64,000 nt of DNA from Acidobacteriota bacterium (GCA_016715115.1 JADKBM010000013.1:423475-487474); one strand, 5' to 3'; numbered from the stretch's first letter, positions 28,454 to 38,391 are shown. Numbers and translations are program-made. Notes: generated by a model from the sequence alone, not told the origin.

Positions 28454-29737
28454 CTAGTCTCGCCTTCCGTTCCCGTCGAGCGCCGTGTAGACATCGTCGG
28501 TGTAAAGTCCGAGCCATTTGTCGGCGTCGGGAGTTTTGAACAGATCGGAGTAGATCGTCGAATTGAAGTTCTCGAGCAGGAACTTGCCTCTAAAATTGTT
28601 GAGCCGGCGAATCAACTCGGTATGAAGAAGAAAGTCGTTGCGCGTCGTATCGAGCGCGACGATCGTTTTCAGTTTCGAGATCATATTCTCGAATTGCCGT
28701 GCTTCAAGTTCGCGGTTCTGGCGTTTAATGAACGCCAGGCTCGAAGCGTCGAGATCGATCGTGCCGGCATATTCGGCTGCGAGTTTTTGCCAGTCGCCGG
28801 ACGGGATCTGCGGTTCGAATCGGGCGAAATTATCGTCGAGATCACGAAGAATCGTCGCCTCGGTCGCCATTTTAGTTACCGCGATCGGCCCGATGTCGAT
28901 CGCTCTAGCAGTTTTCGGCTCTTCGGCTTCTTTGAGGACGACCTTGGTCCTGGCGATCGCGTCTTCGCGTCGCGAACGGATCGAATAGAACTGGTTTCGC
29001 CGATAGCCATTCAACGCCGGTCCGCGCCTTTCGGCCGGAGTGTTCAAGAGTTGCGCCGAGAAATCGTGTCCTCTCGTCAGATAACCGAGAAATGCGCCCG
29101 GATCATAGAGTCCAGGAAGCGCGTCGATAACTTCAGCGTCGGGCGAGAGAATGTAATGGATGCTGTTGCCGGTCAATGTCCGTTCGAGCTTGCGGCCGTC
29201 GCCGAAATCGATCGTCACTTTCGGGGCCGGACGAACCGATTTCCAGTGGAGAACGTAGTTTTCGCGAAGATAGCGTGAAATCGAAGAATTCGAATAAAGC
29301 AACGCGCGAAAGAATCTCGAATTCGCGCAGCTGAATTCCTCGTTGAGATTTCCCAGAAGTCTGAGCGACAGGATCGGCTTGTTCGTGCGTTTTGCCTCAG
29401 CGACCGCCTCGTTCAGGTCGGTATGCCAGAAAAGCCTCGACGCGTAAACATCCTTCTGCATCGCGACCGAATCGAGTGCGGACGTGATCAGCGGCCAGTC
29501 GCCATCGGGCTTGCTAGACTTCGTGAAGGTTGCGATCTCGGCGGAATAAGCATCGAAAAGGGCGTTCAAACCTTCAACTCCCATCGATCGCAATTCGCGG
29601 ATCGCCACGGCACGTTCGTTTTCGTTTTCGGAGACCGCGCCGCGGACAAGTTCGGCCCGCGTTTTTGAGAACGCCGAGACGGCCAAAACCTGAACGAGCG
29701 CGAAAACCAGCAAAAATCTGAGACCTTTATTCTTCAT
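28454..29737 (-). CDS. Secreted hypothetical protein with thioredoxin-fold-like segment lacking CxxC
   Basis: The ATG at 29737 (GAGGAG upstream) gives MKNKGLRFLLVFALVQVLAVSAFS. The segment WHTDLNEAVAEAKRTNKPILSLRLLGNL resembles DUF255/thioredoxin-like proteins. No firm family call. Confidence 0.6.
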   Translation of the reverse strand: MKNKGLRFLLVFALVQVLAVSAFSKTRAELVRGAVSENENERAVAIRELRSMGVEGLNALFDAYSAEIATFTKSSKPDGDWPLITSALDSVAMQKDVYASRLFWHTDLNEAVAEAKRTNKPILSLRLLGNLNEEFSCANSRFFRALLYSNSSISRYLRENYVLHWKSVRPAPKVTIDFGDGRKLERTLTGNSIHYILSPDAEVIDALPGLYDPGAFLGYLTRGHDFSAQLLNTPAERRGPALNGYRRNQFYSIRSRREDAIARTKVVLKEAEEPKTARAIDIGPIAVTKMATEATILRDLDDNFARFEPQIPSGDWQKLAAEYAGTIDLDASSLAFIKRQNRELEARQFENMISKLKTIVALDTTRNDFLLHTELIRRLNNFRGKFLLENFNSTIYSDLFKTPDADKWLGLYTDDVYTALDGNGRRD

Positions 29738-29825
29738 CGCAAAAAAACTCCTCACTTGCCAACTAAGAACGTTGCAAGCTTGGAGGTTTTGCGGATTCTG
29801 AACGTTGCCTCGAAGAAAAGTCGAA

Positions 29826-30482
29826 TTATAGTCCGAACGGAATGACGTAGAGCGCGATCGCGAGGAAATGAAGGAAACTCCCGGACATTACGAACAGGTG
29901 CCAGATCGCGTGATGATGGCGCAGACGCGTCCAGGAATAAAAGATGACGCCGATTGAATATGCCAACCCGCCGAGGACGATCAGGGCGATCGCCGGAAAT
30001 CCGAGTTTGGCGAACAGCGGTTCGACGGCGATGACGCCGATCCAGCCCATAATCAGATATGAGACGACCGAAGCCGATTTGAATCGCTTGGCCAAAAAGA
30101 CCTTGCCGAGGATCCCAAAGATCGCGAAGGCCCAGACGAACGCGAAAAGCCCGATCCCGATCCCCGAACGAAGGACGATCAGGGTGAACGGCGTATACGA
30201 TCCGGCGATCAGAAGATAGATGCAGCTATGATCGACGATCTGCAGGATTCGTTTTTCTTCAGGTGAGGTCGCGCTGTGATAGAGCGTCGAGGCGCCATAA
30301 AGGACAACGAGCGACAATCCGTAAACGATGCTGCTCAGAATGTACCAAAAGTCTCCGAAAACGACCGCGAGCGACACCAGCACGACCAGGCCGCAGAGGC
30401 TCAGCAACAATCCAACGCCGTGCGTGATCGTGTTCGCGAATTCTTCGACCGTAAGTTCCTTCAAGCGCGCTTTAACCATCAT
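29826..30482 (-). CDS. Hemolysin III / PAQR family channel protein
   Basis: 218 aa, 7 TM helices. Contains EEFANTITHGVG...HS...DHS.IYLLIAGSYTPF...HHAIWHLFV. Confidence 0.85.
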   Translation of the reverse strand: MMVKARLKELTVEEFANTITHGVGLLLSLCGLVVLVSLAVVFGDFWYILSSIVYGLSLVVLYGASTLYHSATSPEEKRILQIVDHSCIYLLIAGSYTPFTLIVLRSGIGIGLFAFVWAFAIFGILGKVFLAKRFKSASVVSYLIMGWIGVIAVEPLFAKLGFPAIALIVLGGLAYSIGVIFYSWTRLRHHHAIWHLFVMSGSFLHFLAIALYVIPFGL

Positions 30483-30568
30483 AATTCGTCCCTAACATCT
30501 ATGATACGCCCCGTGACGAAAAAGAATCGTAATGGTTTTGTAAGAGTTCCGCAACGGGAACATCCCGG

Positions 30569-31429
30569 TCAGATGCTGCCGATGAACTCGGCCACGTCGT
30601 TGAAGGATTCCGGATAGAGCTCGGCCGGGAAGCGGCGACGGATATCGTCATTCTCAAAAACGCGTCCGCCGAGAATGACAGGAATGTTCAGTTTCACCAC
30701 CTGTTCGCGAAACAGCTTGTAGTCGCGGGCGAGACGGTCAAGATCGCCGAGGTAAGAGACGGAGATGCAGATCGCTTCAGGCGAATGGAAGCTAACCTCT
30801 TCGGCGAGCGAATAAAGCGGAGTGTTCGCGCCGAAATTCAAGACTTCCCAACCGCGGCTTTCGATCGTGATTTGGCTGAGATGGGTCGGCAGTTCGTGAA
30901 AATCTCCCTCGAACGCGGCGCAAAACGCGAGTTCGCCGGAAATTTTCGGAACCGGAAGCGTGCTGCGCAATTTATTTACGGCAGAATGCGCGGCACGCGT
31001 CGCGAGGTGTTCCTGCGCGACCGAAAGCTCGCCCTTCACCCAAAGCTCGCCGATCTGGCGCATCGCCGGGCTGATCATATTGTCAAAGATATCCACCAGA
31101 GGTTCGCCTTTGAGGAACGATTTGATCATCAGGTTCGCCGCCTCTTCCTCGCTCCCGGAAATAAGTGATTGAAAGAGCGTTGACGGCGTGCCTGTTTTCC
31201 GGCGGCGTGTCTGGACCGAAAAGATCGACTCGTCGCCGTGCGTGTGTTTGAGTCCAAGCCCTTGGTCGCGTTGAAAGCGGGCGATCTCGCCGGCGCGAAA
31301 ACGACGGTGCCCGCCGTTTGTTCGCTCGGAACGGATCAGCCCCGCCTCTTCCCAACGCTTGACCGTCGCATCGCTGACGCGACAGAGCCGCGCCACTTCT
31401 TTAGTTGTAAGACATTTCAGATCCGACAT
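30569..31429 (-). CDS. MerR/excisionase-type HTH regulator with B12-binding-like domains (CarH/LitR-like)
   Basis: The N-terminus LTTKEVARLCRVSDATVKRWEEAGLI...GGHRRF is an HTH. The C-terminal Rossmann-like B12-binding module carries GDFHELP (DxHxxG with G replaced by P), SVSYL and ILGG. Confidence 0.75.
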   Translation of the reverse strand: MSDLKCLTTKEVARLCRVSDATVKRWEEAGLIRSERTNGGHRRFRAGEIARFQRDQGLGLKHTHGDESIFSVQTRRRKTGTPSTLFQSLISGSEEEAANLMIKSFLKGEPLVDIFDNMISPAMRQIGELWVKGELSVAQEHLATRAAHSAVNKLRSTLPVPKISGELAFCAAFEGDFHELPTHLSQITIESRGWEVLNFGANTPLYSLAEEVSFHSPEAICISVSYLGDLDRLARDYKLFREQVVKLNIPVILGGRVFENDDIRRRFPAELYPESFNDVAEFIGSI

Positions 31430-31613
31430 TTGATTTTCTATATTCCTTCGATGGGCCCGATGTTTGCCGAATATTCTGAATGAGTATCGGCGAACCGCAC
31501 AAAACGAACCTTAAAAAGGTTACCAAAAACGCTCAAACCGCACAACTGAACCCGCCATATTATTTGTATCCTAAGAAAAAAATAAAAAAAATCACCATTT
31601 CGTGATTTTGTGC

Positions 31614-31642
31614 TTGACAGATGTGAGCGGTTTGCATAATCT
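31614..31642 (+). promoter_or_regulatory. Sigma-70-like promoter for the fasciclin gene
   Basis: TTGACA (31614-31619), a 17-nt spacer, then TAATCT (31637-31642), about 65 nt upstream of the ATG at 31709. It lies in an AT-rich intergenic region. Confidence 0.5.
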
Positions 31643-31664
31643 AGAAATCGCTCAAACCGCTCAC
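31623..31664. promoter_or_regulatory. Perfect 12-bp inverted repeat operator candidate overlapping the promoter
   Basis: GTGAGCGGTTTG (31623-31634) and CAAACCGCTCAC (31653-31664) are separated by 18 nt. A third half-site, GCTCAAACCGC, is at 31531-31541. The CarH/LitR-like regulator is encoded divergently. Confidence 0.6.
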
Positions 31665-31708
31665 GAGTGTGTTGAGAGAAAAAATTCGAATAAGGGAAGG
31701 TTAATATA

Positions 31709-32221
31709 ATGAAAAACTTTGGAATCAAATTTATCGGAATCGCCGCGGCGGCGCTGTTGATGTTCTCGGCTCTTTCGGTTTCGGCCCAGCCGGCGAAGAA
31801 GATGGAAAAGAAGGACATTGTTGACACCGCGGTTGCGGCCGGTCAGTTCACGATCCTTGCCAAGGCGCTCGAAGCCGCGGGCTTGATCGAAGCTCTCAAA
31901 GGTGAAGGAAAATTCACGGTGTTCGCTCCGACCGACGAAGCTTTTGGCAAACTTCCGGCGGGAACCCTTGAAATGCTCCTGAAACCGGAGAACAAGGAAA
32001 AGCTCAAGGCAATTCTTCTTTACCACGTAGTTTCGGGCAAAGTTGGCGCCGCGGACGTCGTCAAGCTTAACGGACAGGACGTCAAAACGCTTCAGGGCGG
32101 AACCGTCAAGGTGAACACGACGAGCGGCGTTATGGTGAATTCTTCGACGGTCGTCAAGGCAGACGTTTGGGCGAAGAACGGTGTCATCCACGTGATCGAC
32201 ACGGTATTGCTCCCGAACTAG
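31709..32221 (+). CDS. Fasciclin (FAS1) domain protein, secreted
   Basis: 170 aa. Signal peptide, then [24 protein letters not shown]...[11 protein letters not shown]...LLYHVV...[13 protein letters not shown]. Confidence 0.85.
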   Translation: MKNFGIKFIGIAAAALLMFSALSVSAQPAKKMEKKDIVDTAVAAGQFTILAKALEAAGLIEALKGEGKFTVFAPTDEAFGKLPAGTLEMLLKPENKEKLKAILLYHVVSGKVGAADVVKLNGQDVKTLQGGTVKVNTTSGVMVNSSTVVKADVWAKNGVIHVIDTVLLPN

Positions 32222-32262
32222 TTTCCGGACTCGGGCAAACGGTTTCGGGCTGGTATTTTTTG

Positions 32263-32655
32263 ATGGCTTCTGAAATCAGGACTTCAGCAGATTACAGGAT
32301 AGAGTTCCGTGCGAATGAGAGCTACTTGTACGTCCGCGTCGAAGGTCTGAAGGACGGTGCCGAGATAAGCAAGAAGTACTGGAAGGAAATACTTGATGAA
32401 AGTCGCGAACGCAAATTGAATGGTCTTCTCGTGGAAGTGAAACTCACAGACACGATGAGCGCCGCGGAAGTTTACGAGATCGCGAAGTTCGTCGCGGAAA
32501 CAGCTCCTGATGGGACGAGGATTGCCTATGTGGATCGGCGCCACTATCATCAGGAGCTCAACCGATTCGGGAATTTGGTCGCCAACAACCGCGGGTTGAA
32601 TTCGCGAGTCTTCGATTCAGTCGACGAAGCCGAAATCTGGTTATTGGCAAATTAG
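32263..32655 (+). CDS. Hypothetical protein (STAS/SpoIIAA-like size and pattern, uncertain)
   Basis: The ATG at 32263 gives 130 aa. A strong hairpin plus T-run follows. No family recognised with confidence. Confidence 0.5.
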   Translation: MASEIRTSADYRIEFRANESYLYVRVEGLKDGAEISKKYWKEILDESRERKLNGLLVEVKLTDTMSAAEVYEIAKFVAETAPDGTRIAYVDRRHYHQELNRFGNLVANNRGLNSRVFDSVDEAEIWLLAN

Positions 32656-32741
32656 GTCAAGGATTCGAATCATTTGCCGGTTTTGCAGTCTCCTCAGCAG
32701 TAATCAACGAACAAGGGTAGGTATCAAACAAGGGAAGTGAG

Positions 32742-32780
32742 GATCGTCTCCGCGGCAAACGGAGGCGATCTTTTTTTATT
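32742..32780 (+). terminator. Rho-independent terminator after the 32263-32655 gene
   Basis: gatcgtctccgcggcaaacggaggcgatc followed by tttttttattt. Confidence 0.75.
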
Positions 32781-32814
32781 TCTTAGGTCCTTCAACGAGA
32801 CCGGTTTCGCGAGT

Positions 32815-32877
32815 CACGAAGTCCTTCCATCTGCATCTTTCTGCATCTCCGCTTGCTTCGTGGTTTCAAAAAAATCG
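32815..32877. repeat. CTTCGTG-type periodic element, second copy
   Basis: cacgaagtccttccatctgcatctttctgcatctccgcttgcttcgtggtttcaaaaaaatcg. It has terminal CACGAAG/CTTCGTG inverted ends and shares a 14-mer with 2295-2308. Confidence 0.55.
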
Positions 32878-33012
32878 AACCGCTCAGATTTTGACAGGCC
32901 GCACGGAATCCTCGACCGGAGTTCTGATGCGGAATCCAAGTTGAACGGCTTTGCGGTTTACCGCGAAACGATTACAATTCAACGATATCAATTCAAAGGA
33001 AACTCATAAACG

Positions 33013-33450
33013 ATGAAGATAGCGATCGGCTCTGACCACGCCGGATTCGATGAAAAGGAACTTGTGAAACGAACTCTCGACGAGATCGGAGTCGAATACG
33101 ATGATGTCGGCACATATTCGCGCGATTCGGTCGATTATCCAGATTTCGCCCGGAAGGTCGGCGAACTCGTCGGCTCCGGCGCCGTCGAACGCGGAATTCT
33201 GGTCTGCGGTTCGGGAATCGGAGTCGCCATTGCCGCCAACAAGGTCGACGGTGTTCGCGCCGCGCAAGCTTGGAACGAGGAAACGGCGAGGCTTTCGCGC
33301 CAGCACAACGATGCCAACGTTCTGACGATCGGCGCGCGTGTCATCCCGCAGGACGAGATCACGAAGATCGTCAAGGCGTGGTTCGAAGCCGACTTCGAAG
33401 GCGGACGACACGCGGGACGCGTCCGGAAGATCCACGATATGGAGAAATAG
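33013..33450 (+). CDS. rpiB: Ribose-5-phosphate isomerase B
   Basis: MKIAIGSDHAGFDEKE...GILVCGSGIGVAIAANKV.GVRAA...ARLSRQHNDANVL..GARV is the canonical RpiB/LacAB pattern. Confidence 0.9.
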   Translation: MKIAIGSDHAGFDEKELVKRTLDEIGVEYDDVGTYSRDSVDYPDFARKVGELVGSGAVERGILVCGSGIGVAIAANKVDGVRAAQAWNEETARLSRQHNDANVLTIGARVIPQDEITKIVKAWFEADFEGGRHAGRVRKIHDMEK

Positions 33451-33460
33451 CGCGGAAAAA

Positions 33461-35368
33461 ATGTTCATCGTTTTCTTTTCGCTTTTCTTCTTTGCTTCGT
33501 GGCTGCATTTTTTCGAGCGCGCCGGTCGCGTCGGACTCAGGCTTTCCTTCCTCAAAACACTTGTTTTCGGGCTCGCGTTCATAACGCTTGCGACGGAGTG
33601 CCTTTCGTTTTTTGGAATCCTGAACATCTACGCCGTGGCATCATTCTGGTTCGTCTCGGCGACGGTCGTAATTCTGCTGATCCGCCGGCACTTCGTCCAA
33701 TCCGTCCGTGCTTTCGGCGAATGCGTTTGGTCGGGGCTCCGCACGGCTTCGTTCTTTCCATCGGTCATCATCGGCCTGATTCTCCTCGTCACGCTGCTGA
33801 TCGCGCTGGCGTCACCGCCGAACACATACGATTCGCAAACGTACCACCTCGCCCGGGTCGCGCACTGGATCCAGAACGGATCGGTCGCGCATTACCCGAC
33901 CGTCATTCTCCGACAGCTTTACCAGCCGCCGCTGGCCGAATTCGCGATATTGCATCTCCAGATCCTGACCGGCGGCGACTTTTTCGCGAATTTGGTTCAG
34001 TGGTTCGCGCTCGTCGGATGCGCGGCCGCGGCGTCGCTGATCGTCGCCGAATTCGATTTGGGCGAAAAGCTTCAGGTGTTCGCGGCGGCGCTTGTGTTGA
34101 CGCTGCCGGGGGCGGTCGTCCAGGCGTCGAGCACGCAAAACGATCTTGTCGCTTCCGTCCTCGTACTTGCCTTCTTCCTCTTTTTTCTTCGCGCCGTTAG
34201 ATCGAGCGAGTTTTCCGGCGTTGGCTGGATCGGCGGCGCACTCGGATTGGCGCTGCTGACGAAAGGCACGATGTACCTTTATTGCTTTCCGATCGGCATC
34301 TTCTTTACAGTCGTCGAGTTTCTCTCGCTGGCAGACAGACAGGCCCGTTTTCAATTCCTACGCCGCATCGCAATTGTACTTTTGATCGCGGCCGCATTGA
34401 ACTTCGGACATTTCTCGCGCAATTTTGCGCTTTTCGGCTCGCCGGTGTCGTCGGGCGAGGACGATGTCCGCAACCGGAATCTGACAGTTCGAATGGTGCT
34501 CGCCAATGTCGCGCGAAACTTCGCCGTCAACCTCGGGACGAAGTCGCAAACACTTCGAAACGGGATCGAAAGCTCGATGCGGAAGGCCTTCGGCGCAGAA
34601 CTGAAGAATCCGGATTCGACCTGGCTCGACAATGAATTCAAGGTCGAATACTCGACTCACGAGGATCTCGCGGGGAACCTCTTGCATATTCTGCTCGTGA
34701 CCTTCGCGCTCGGACTTGCGCTGTTCGCGGCCCGGCGCGCACGCGACGATAACGCGATCTATATCGCAGGTCTCGTTTTCACGATCGGTTTCGGGGTACT
34801 GCTTTTCTCGGCGCTGCTCAAATGGCAGATCTGGGCGGCGCGTCTGCAACTGCCGCTTCTGATGCTCGGCTCGGTGCTCGTCGCCTACGCGGTCGGGAAA
34901 CTGGCGCCCCGCGCGGCGAACGCCTTGCTGGCGTTGACGTTCGCGGCGTCGATCCCGTTTCTGCTTTTCGCCGATCCCCGGCGGGTCTTCGCGAACGACG
35001 GCAGTTTCGTGTTCTTCAACGAATCGCGCCGGCATAAACTGTTCAAGAATCTGCCGGACGCCGAACCGTTGTATGTCGAAGCCGTCGACGTCATCAGAAA
35101 GCAGCCGAACGCGCCGGGAGCGGTCGGGCTTCATATCGAATACAATGACTTCGACTATCCGTTTTGGGGGTTATTGAAACGCGATCCGCGCGCACGTCCG
35201 CTGATCTTTCACGTCGGCGTGCCGAACGTCTCAAAGCGTCTCGCCGTTTCGCGTCCGATACCCGAGTTCGTGATCTCGACGCGGACGGAAACGACGATCG
35301 ACGGCGCCGAATATCGCGAGATCTGGAGAAAGGACGTCGTTCGTGTTTTGCAACGCGAAATACCGTAA
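33461..35368 (+). CDS. Polytopic membrane protein, GT-C-type (ArnT/PMT-like) glycosyltransferase candidate
   Basis: ATG at 33461. About 12 TM helices, loop motif PPNTYDSQTYHLARVAHWIQNGS, and a soluble C-terminal domain. The ORF-track start at 33338 overlaps rpiB. Confidence 0.65.
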   Translation: MFIVFFSLFFFASWLHFFERAGRVGLRLSFLKTLVFGLAFITLATECLSFFGILNIYAVASFWFVSATVVILLIRRHFVQSVRAFGECVWSGLRTASFFPSVIIGLILLVTLLIALASPPNTYDSQTYHLARVAHWIQNGSVAHYPTVILRQLYQPPLAEFAILHLQILTGGDFFANLVQWFALVGCAAAASLIVAEFDLGEKLQVFAAALVLTLPGAVVQASSTQNDLVASVLVLAFFLFFLRAVRSSEFSGVGWIGGALGLALLTKGTMYLYCFPIGIFFTVVEFLSLADRQARFQFLRRIAIVLLIAAALNFGHFSRNFALFGSPVSSGEDDVRNRNLTVRMVLANVARNFAVNLGTKSQTLRNGIESSMRKAFGAELKNPDSTWLDNEFKVEYSTHEDLAGNLLHILLVTFALGLALFAARRARDDNAIYIAGLVFTIGFGVLLFSALLKWQIWAARLQLPLLMLGSVLVAYAVGKLAPRAANALLALTFAASIPFLLFADPRRVFANDGSFVFFNESRRHKLFKNLPDAEPLYVEAVDVIRKQPNAPGAVGLHIEYNDFDYPFWGLLKRDPRARPLIFHVGVPNVSKRLAVSRPIPEFVISTRTETTIDGAEYREIWRKDVVRVLQREIP

Positions 35369-35541
35369 ACGCCGCGCCTTTTGGACGGCGATCCGCCGAT
35401 GATGCGGCGGGATCGGATGCCGGACCGTTGCAGATTTCCTGCCAAAAGCGGGCAAACGAAGATTTGTCTTGCCGGTTTTAACAAATCGCGAAATCAAAGT
35501 TAAACTTAAACTGAATCATTACAAAAGGCAGCGATATTAGT

Positions 35542-36798
35542 ATGAACAATTCATTCAATTCAAAACTCGCGGACGTTGATCCGCTGGTCGCGGGGGCGAT
35601 CGAAAATGAAACCAAACGGCAAGCGAACGGACTGGAGCTGATCGCATCCGAAAATTTCGTTTCCGAAGCGGTGCTCGAAGCGATGGGCTCGGTCTTTACG
35701 AACAAATACGCCGAAGGTTATCCCGGCAAGCGTTATTACGGCGGATGCGAGTTTTCGGACGTCGTCGAGCAACTTGCGATCGACCGCGCGAAAGAACTTT
35801 TCGGCGCGGAGCACGCCAACGTCCAGCCTCATTCAGGCGCGCAGGCAAATATGGCGGTCTTTCTGGCGTCGCTGAACCACGGCGATACGATCCTCGGAAT
35901 GAGCCTCGCGCACGGCGGCCATTTGACGCACGGCCACCCGATGAACTTCTCGGGCATCAACTTCAAGGTTGAAGCCTACGGCGTTTCCCGCGAGACGGAA
36001 ACGATCGACTACGACGAACTTCAGAAAAAAGCCGAGGAAACGAAGCCGAAGATGATCATTTGCGGTGCCTCCGCATATCCGCGAACGATCGACTTCGCGC
36101 GCATCGGTGAGATCGCGCGCTCGGTCGGCGCCGTCGTGATGGCCGATATCGCGCACATCGCCGGACTCGTCGCCGTCGGACTGCATCCGTCGCCGGTTCC
36201 GCATTGCGAATTCGTGACGACGACGACGCACAAGACGCTCCGCGGTCCGCGCGGCGGCTTGATCCTGTGCCGCGAAGAGTTTGCGAAAGCGATCGACAAG
36301 GCCGTTTTTCCGGGAGTTCAGGGCGGTCCGCTGATTCACATCATCTCGGCCAAAGCGGTCGCGTTCGGCGAAGCGCTGCGTAGCGATTTCAAGGGTTATC
36401 AGAAGCAGGTCATCGACAACGCTCAGGTGTTGGCAAGTGAACTTGGGTCCCAGGGATTGCGCATCGTCTCCGGCGGCACGGACAACCACCTGATGCTCGT
36501 CGATGTCTTTATGGATGGAAAGGGAATTACCGGCAAGGTCGCCGAGAAGGCGCTTGAGGCGGTTCACATCACCGTCAACAAGAACACGATACCGTTCGAC
36601 ACGAACTCGCCTTTCGTTGCGTCCGGAATTCGTCTGGGAACGCCGGCGCTGACGACCCGCGGAATGGGCGAGGCCGAAATGCGGCGAATCGCGAAACTTA
36701 TCGCGGACATCGTCCACGATCCGGAATCCGAAGCGGTCAGGGAAAAGGTCCGCCAAGACGTTCTCGATCTGACTCAGCATTTTCCTTTGTACGGTTAG
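35542..36798 (+). CDS. glyA: Serine hydroxymethyltransferase
   Basis: 418 aa. [22 protein letters not shown] and the PLP lysine context [14 protein letters not shown]. Confidence 0.95.
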   Translation: MNNSFNSKLADVDPLVAGAIENETKRQANGLELIASENFVSEAVLEAMGSVFTNKYAEGYPGKRYYGGCEFSDVVEQLAIDRAKELFGAEHANVQPHSGAQANMAVFLASLNHGDTILGMSLAHGGHLTHGHPMNFSGINFKVEAYGVSRETETIDYDELQKKAEETKPKMIICGASAYPRTIDFARIGEIARSVGAVVMADIAHIAGLVAVGLHPSPVPHCEFVTTTTHKTLRGPRGGLILCREEFAKAIDKAVFPGVQGGPLIHIISAKAVAFGEALRSDFKGYQKQVIDNAQVLASELGSQGLRIVSGGTDNHLMLVDVFMDGKGITGKVAEKALEAVHITVNKNTIPFDTNSPFVASGIRLGTPALTTRGMGEAEMRRIAKLIADIVHDPESEAVREKVRQDVLDLTQHFPLYG

Positions 36799-36801
36799 GT
36801 T

Positions 36802-36920
36802 GTTGAGCTTGGATTTTTGTATTTGAGGTTGATTTTCGAGCTTTGAGCTTTGAGCTCCGGGCTCCGAGTTCGTTCCAAACTCAAAGATCAAAGCTCTAAC
36901 TTCCAAGCTCGAAGTTCGAC
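36802..36920. repeat. Heptamer palindrome (GAGCTTT / AAAGCTC family)
   Basis: gagctttgagctttgagctccgggctccgag...aaactcaaagatcaaagctctaacttccaagctcgaag. It starts 4 nt after the glyA stop and ends just upstream of the next gene. Confidence 0.8.
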
Positions 36921-36930
36921 CAACGAAAAT

Positions 36931-37602
36931 ATGAGTAATCTTTCAGATATCGGATTTCCGACGCCGGACGAAACTGCGATCAACGAGATGATCCTGCACG
37001 TCCTCGAGCTCGCCAAGCCGATCAAGGCGCCACAGGGCTTCTACCTTGTTTACTCCGACCCGTCCGGCGCGGAGATCTTTCTGCAGGGCAATTTTGATCA
37101 GGAACTCGTCGGATTCAATCCGCATTTTGCCGGGACGAGCCGCCTAAACGCAACTCTTGTCGGGAATATTGAACGCGATTCGTCGGATCTTGACGGCGGA
37201 TTTCGCGCGGTCGTTGACGGTTCGGACGTTGAATTCGTCTTCGACGTCCCGGACTTTCGTTTGGTTCCCGAAGGCGGGTTTCCGCGCGCTGCCGAGGTTC
37301 AGTTGACCGCTTTCGGGTCGAACGATTTCAAGATCGGCGATGAATCGGCGGAGTTTTCATTCGTTCCGGCGCCGATCGTCGATCCCGAGATTCCGCCGCG
37401 GCCGATCGCGACCATCAGCGGGGAACTGGTTGGATTTGAAAAACGGAAGAACGAATTGTCGGGCGAGGAGTTCTACTGGCTGAAGGTCACGACCGTCGGC
37501 GGCGATGTCGATGTTGTCGCGGACCCTAAATGGATCAGATCCGAACCGTCAAAGGGGAACACCGTGTCGGGGACGTTTTGGCTTTCCGGGAGAACGATTT
37601 GA
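36931..37602 (+). CDS. Hypothetical protein
   Basis: The ATG at 36931 follows the palindromic repeat. 223 aa with normal composition. No family recognised. Confidence 0.5.
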   Translation: MSNLSDIGFPTPDETAINEMILHVLELAKPIKAPQGFYLVYSDPSGAEIFLQGNFDQELVGFNPHFAGTSRLNATLVGNIERDSSDLDGGFRAVVDGSDVEFVFDVPDFRLVPEGGFPRAAEVQLTAFGSNDFKIGDESAEFSFVPAPIVDPEIPPRPIATISGELVGFEKRKNELSGEEFYWLKVTTVGGDVDVVADPKWIRSEPSKGNTVSGTFWLSGRTI

Positions 37603-37720
37603 ATTGGGATTTGGGAATTCGGATTTGTGATTTGCGGCAAGTCAGAACCGCCTGCGTGAGCGGGCGGGCAACCACTGCACTTTTGGCCCTGGAATTCGGA
37701 ATGCCCGGAATCCCGGATCC
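37603..37720. repeat. Heptamer arms (GGGATTT / GGAATTC types) around the 21-nt GC-rich core
   Basis: attgggatttgggaattcggatttgtgatttgcgg begins right after the TGA at 37600-37602. The core ccgcctgcgtgagcgggcggg is at 37648-37668. The distal arm is ggaattcggaatgcccggaatcccggatcc. Confidence 0.8.
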
Positions 37721-37729
37721 GTTATCAAG

Positions 37730-38335
37730 TCATTCGTTCCCGAACCATTCTTCGAGCGCCCGGCGGGCGTCTTCAGACTCGTATTCGATCGCTTTTAGCT
37801 CCAGCGCGACGCGAGCGATGTCTTCGTAAATCGGATCTTCAAGCGACGGAAGGACCTCTTCGACGGGCATCAGCGCGATCGTTTCCATCGCGATCGCCCT
37901 TATTGCGGGAGTCGTTGTTTGGCGGGCGATCTCACACATCTCGCCGACCGAGAAACGGTCGCCGAGGATGTCGGCAAGCTTGTCGATCTGCTTGTAATCG
38001 CGGCGTTCGAGCGCTCGCTGGGCGAGCTGAATGAAAACTTCGGCCGATTCGGTCTGCGTCTGCAGTACAGAGACGCACGTCTCCGCAAGCTGCGAGATCT
38101 CGTCAAGCCGCTCGCGGTCATCGTTCGTTTTCGAATCTTTCGCCTGTTCGTCGAGAACGGACAGAAGTCCGCTTAACTCCCAATCTGACTGCGGATCGTA
38201 TGAAAATTTCTGCGAGGGCGAGGTCGGAGACGTCCCGCGCTTCGCCTCCAAAGCGCCGACGATCATCTTTTTTGTCATCGGCCGCAAGCCTTCCCAAACA
38301 CTCTCAACCCGCGCACCGAAGTCTTTTATCATCAT
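37730..38335 (-). CDS. Hypothetical helical protein
   Basis: 201 aa, acidic and helical (HEAT-like C-terminal part). Last gene of a three-gene minus-strand set. Confidence 0.5.
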   Translation of the reverse strand: MMIKDFGARVESVWEGLRPMTKKMIVGALEAKRGTSPTSPSQKFSYDPQSDWELSGLLSVLDEQAKDSKTNDDRERLDEISQLAETCVSVLQTQTESAEVFIQLAQRALERRDYKQIDKLADILGDRFSVGEMCEIARQTTTPAIRAIAMETIALMPVEEVLPSLEDPIYEDIARVALELKAIEYESEDARRALEEWFGNE

Positions 38336-38391
38336 TTCAACAACCTAAGTGTGCCCGCGACGCCAGAGTCTGTCAAGCAATACCTCACGTA

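Noticed and set aside
27871-29278. Overlapping ORFs translated from the heptamer arrays (IPDSRFQ, FGIWNLE, NPKSQIP peptides). Similar ORFs lie at 49476-50654, 59567-60417 and 24139-24657.
   Set aside because: These are pure translations of tandem repeats that happen to lack stop codons in all six frames. Several mutually overlapping frames are open at once, and there is no RBS or start context.
35369-35541. Riboswitch (ZTP/pfl or THF type) in the glyA leader.
   Set aside because: By eye I could not find the conserved ZTP cores (GGGUCGUGAC...CCGGGCGGA...CCGCCUGGGCA) or a THF-like fold. cmscan would be decisive, but nothing supports a call.
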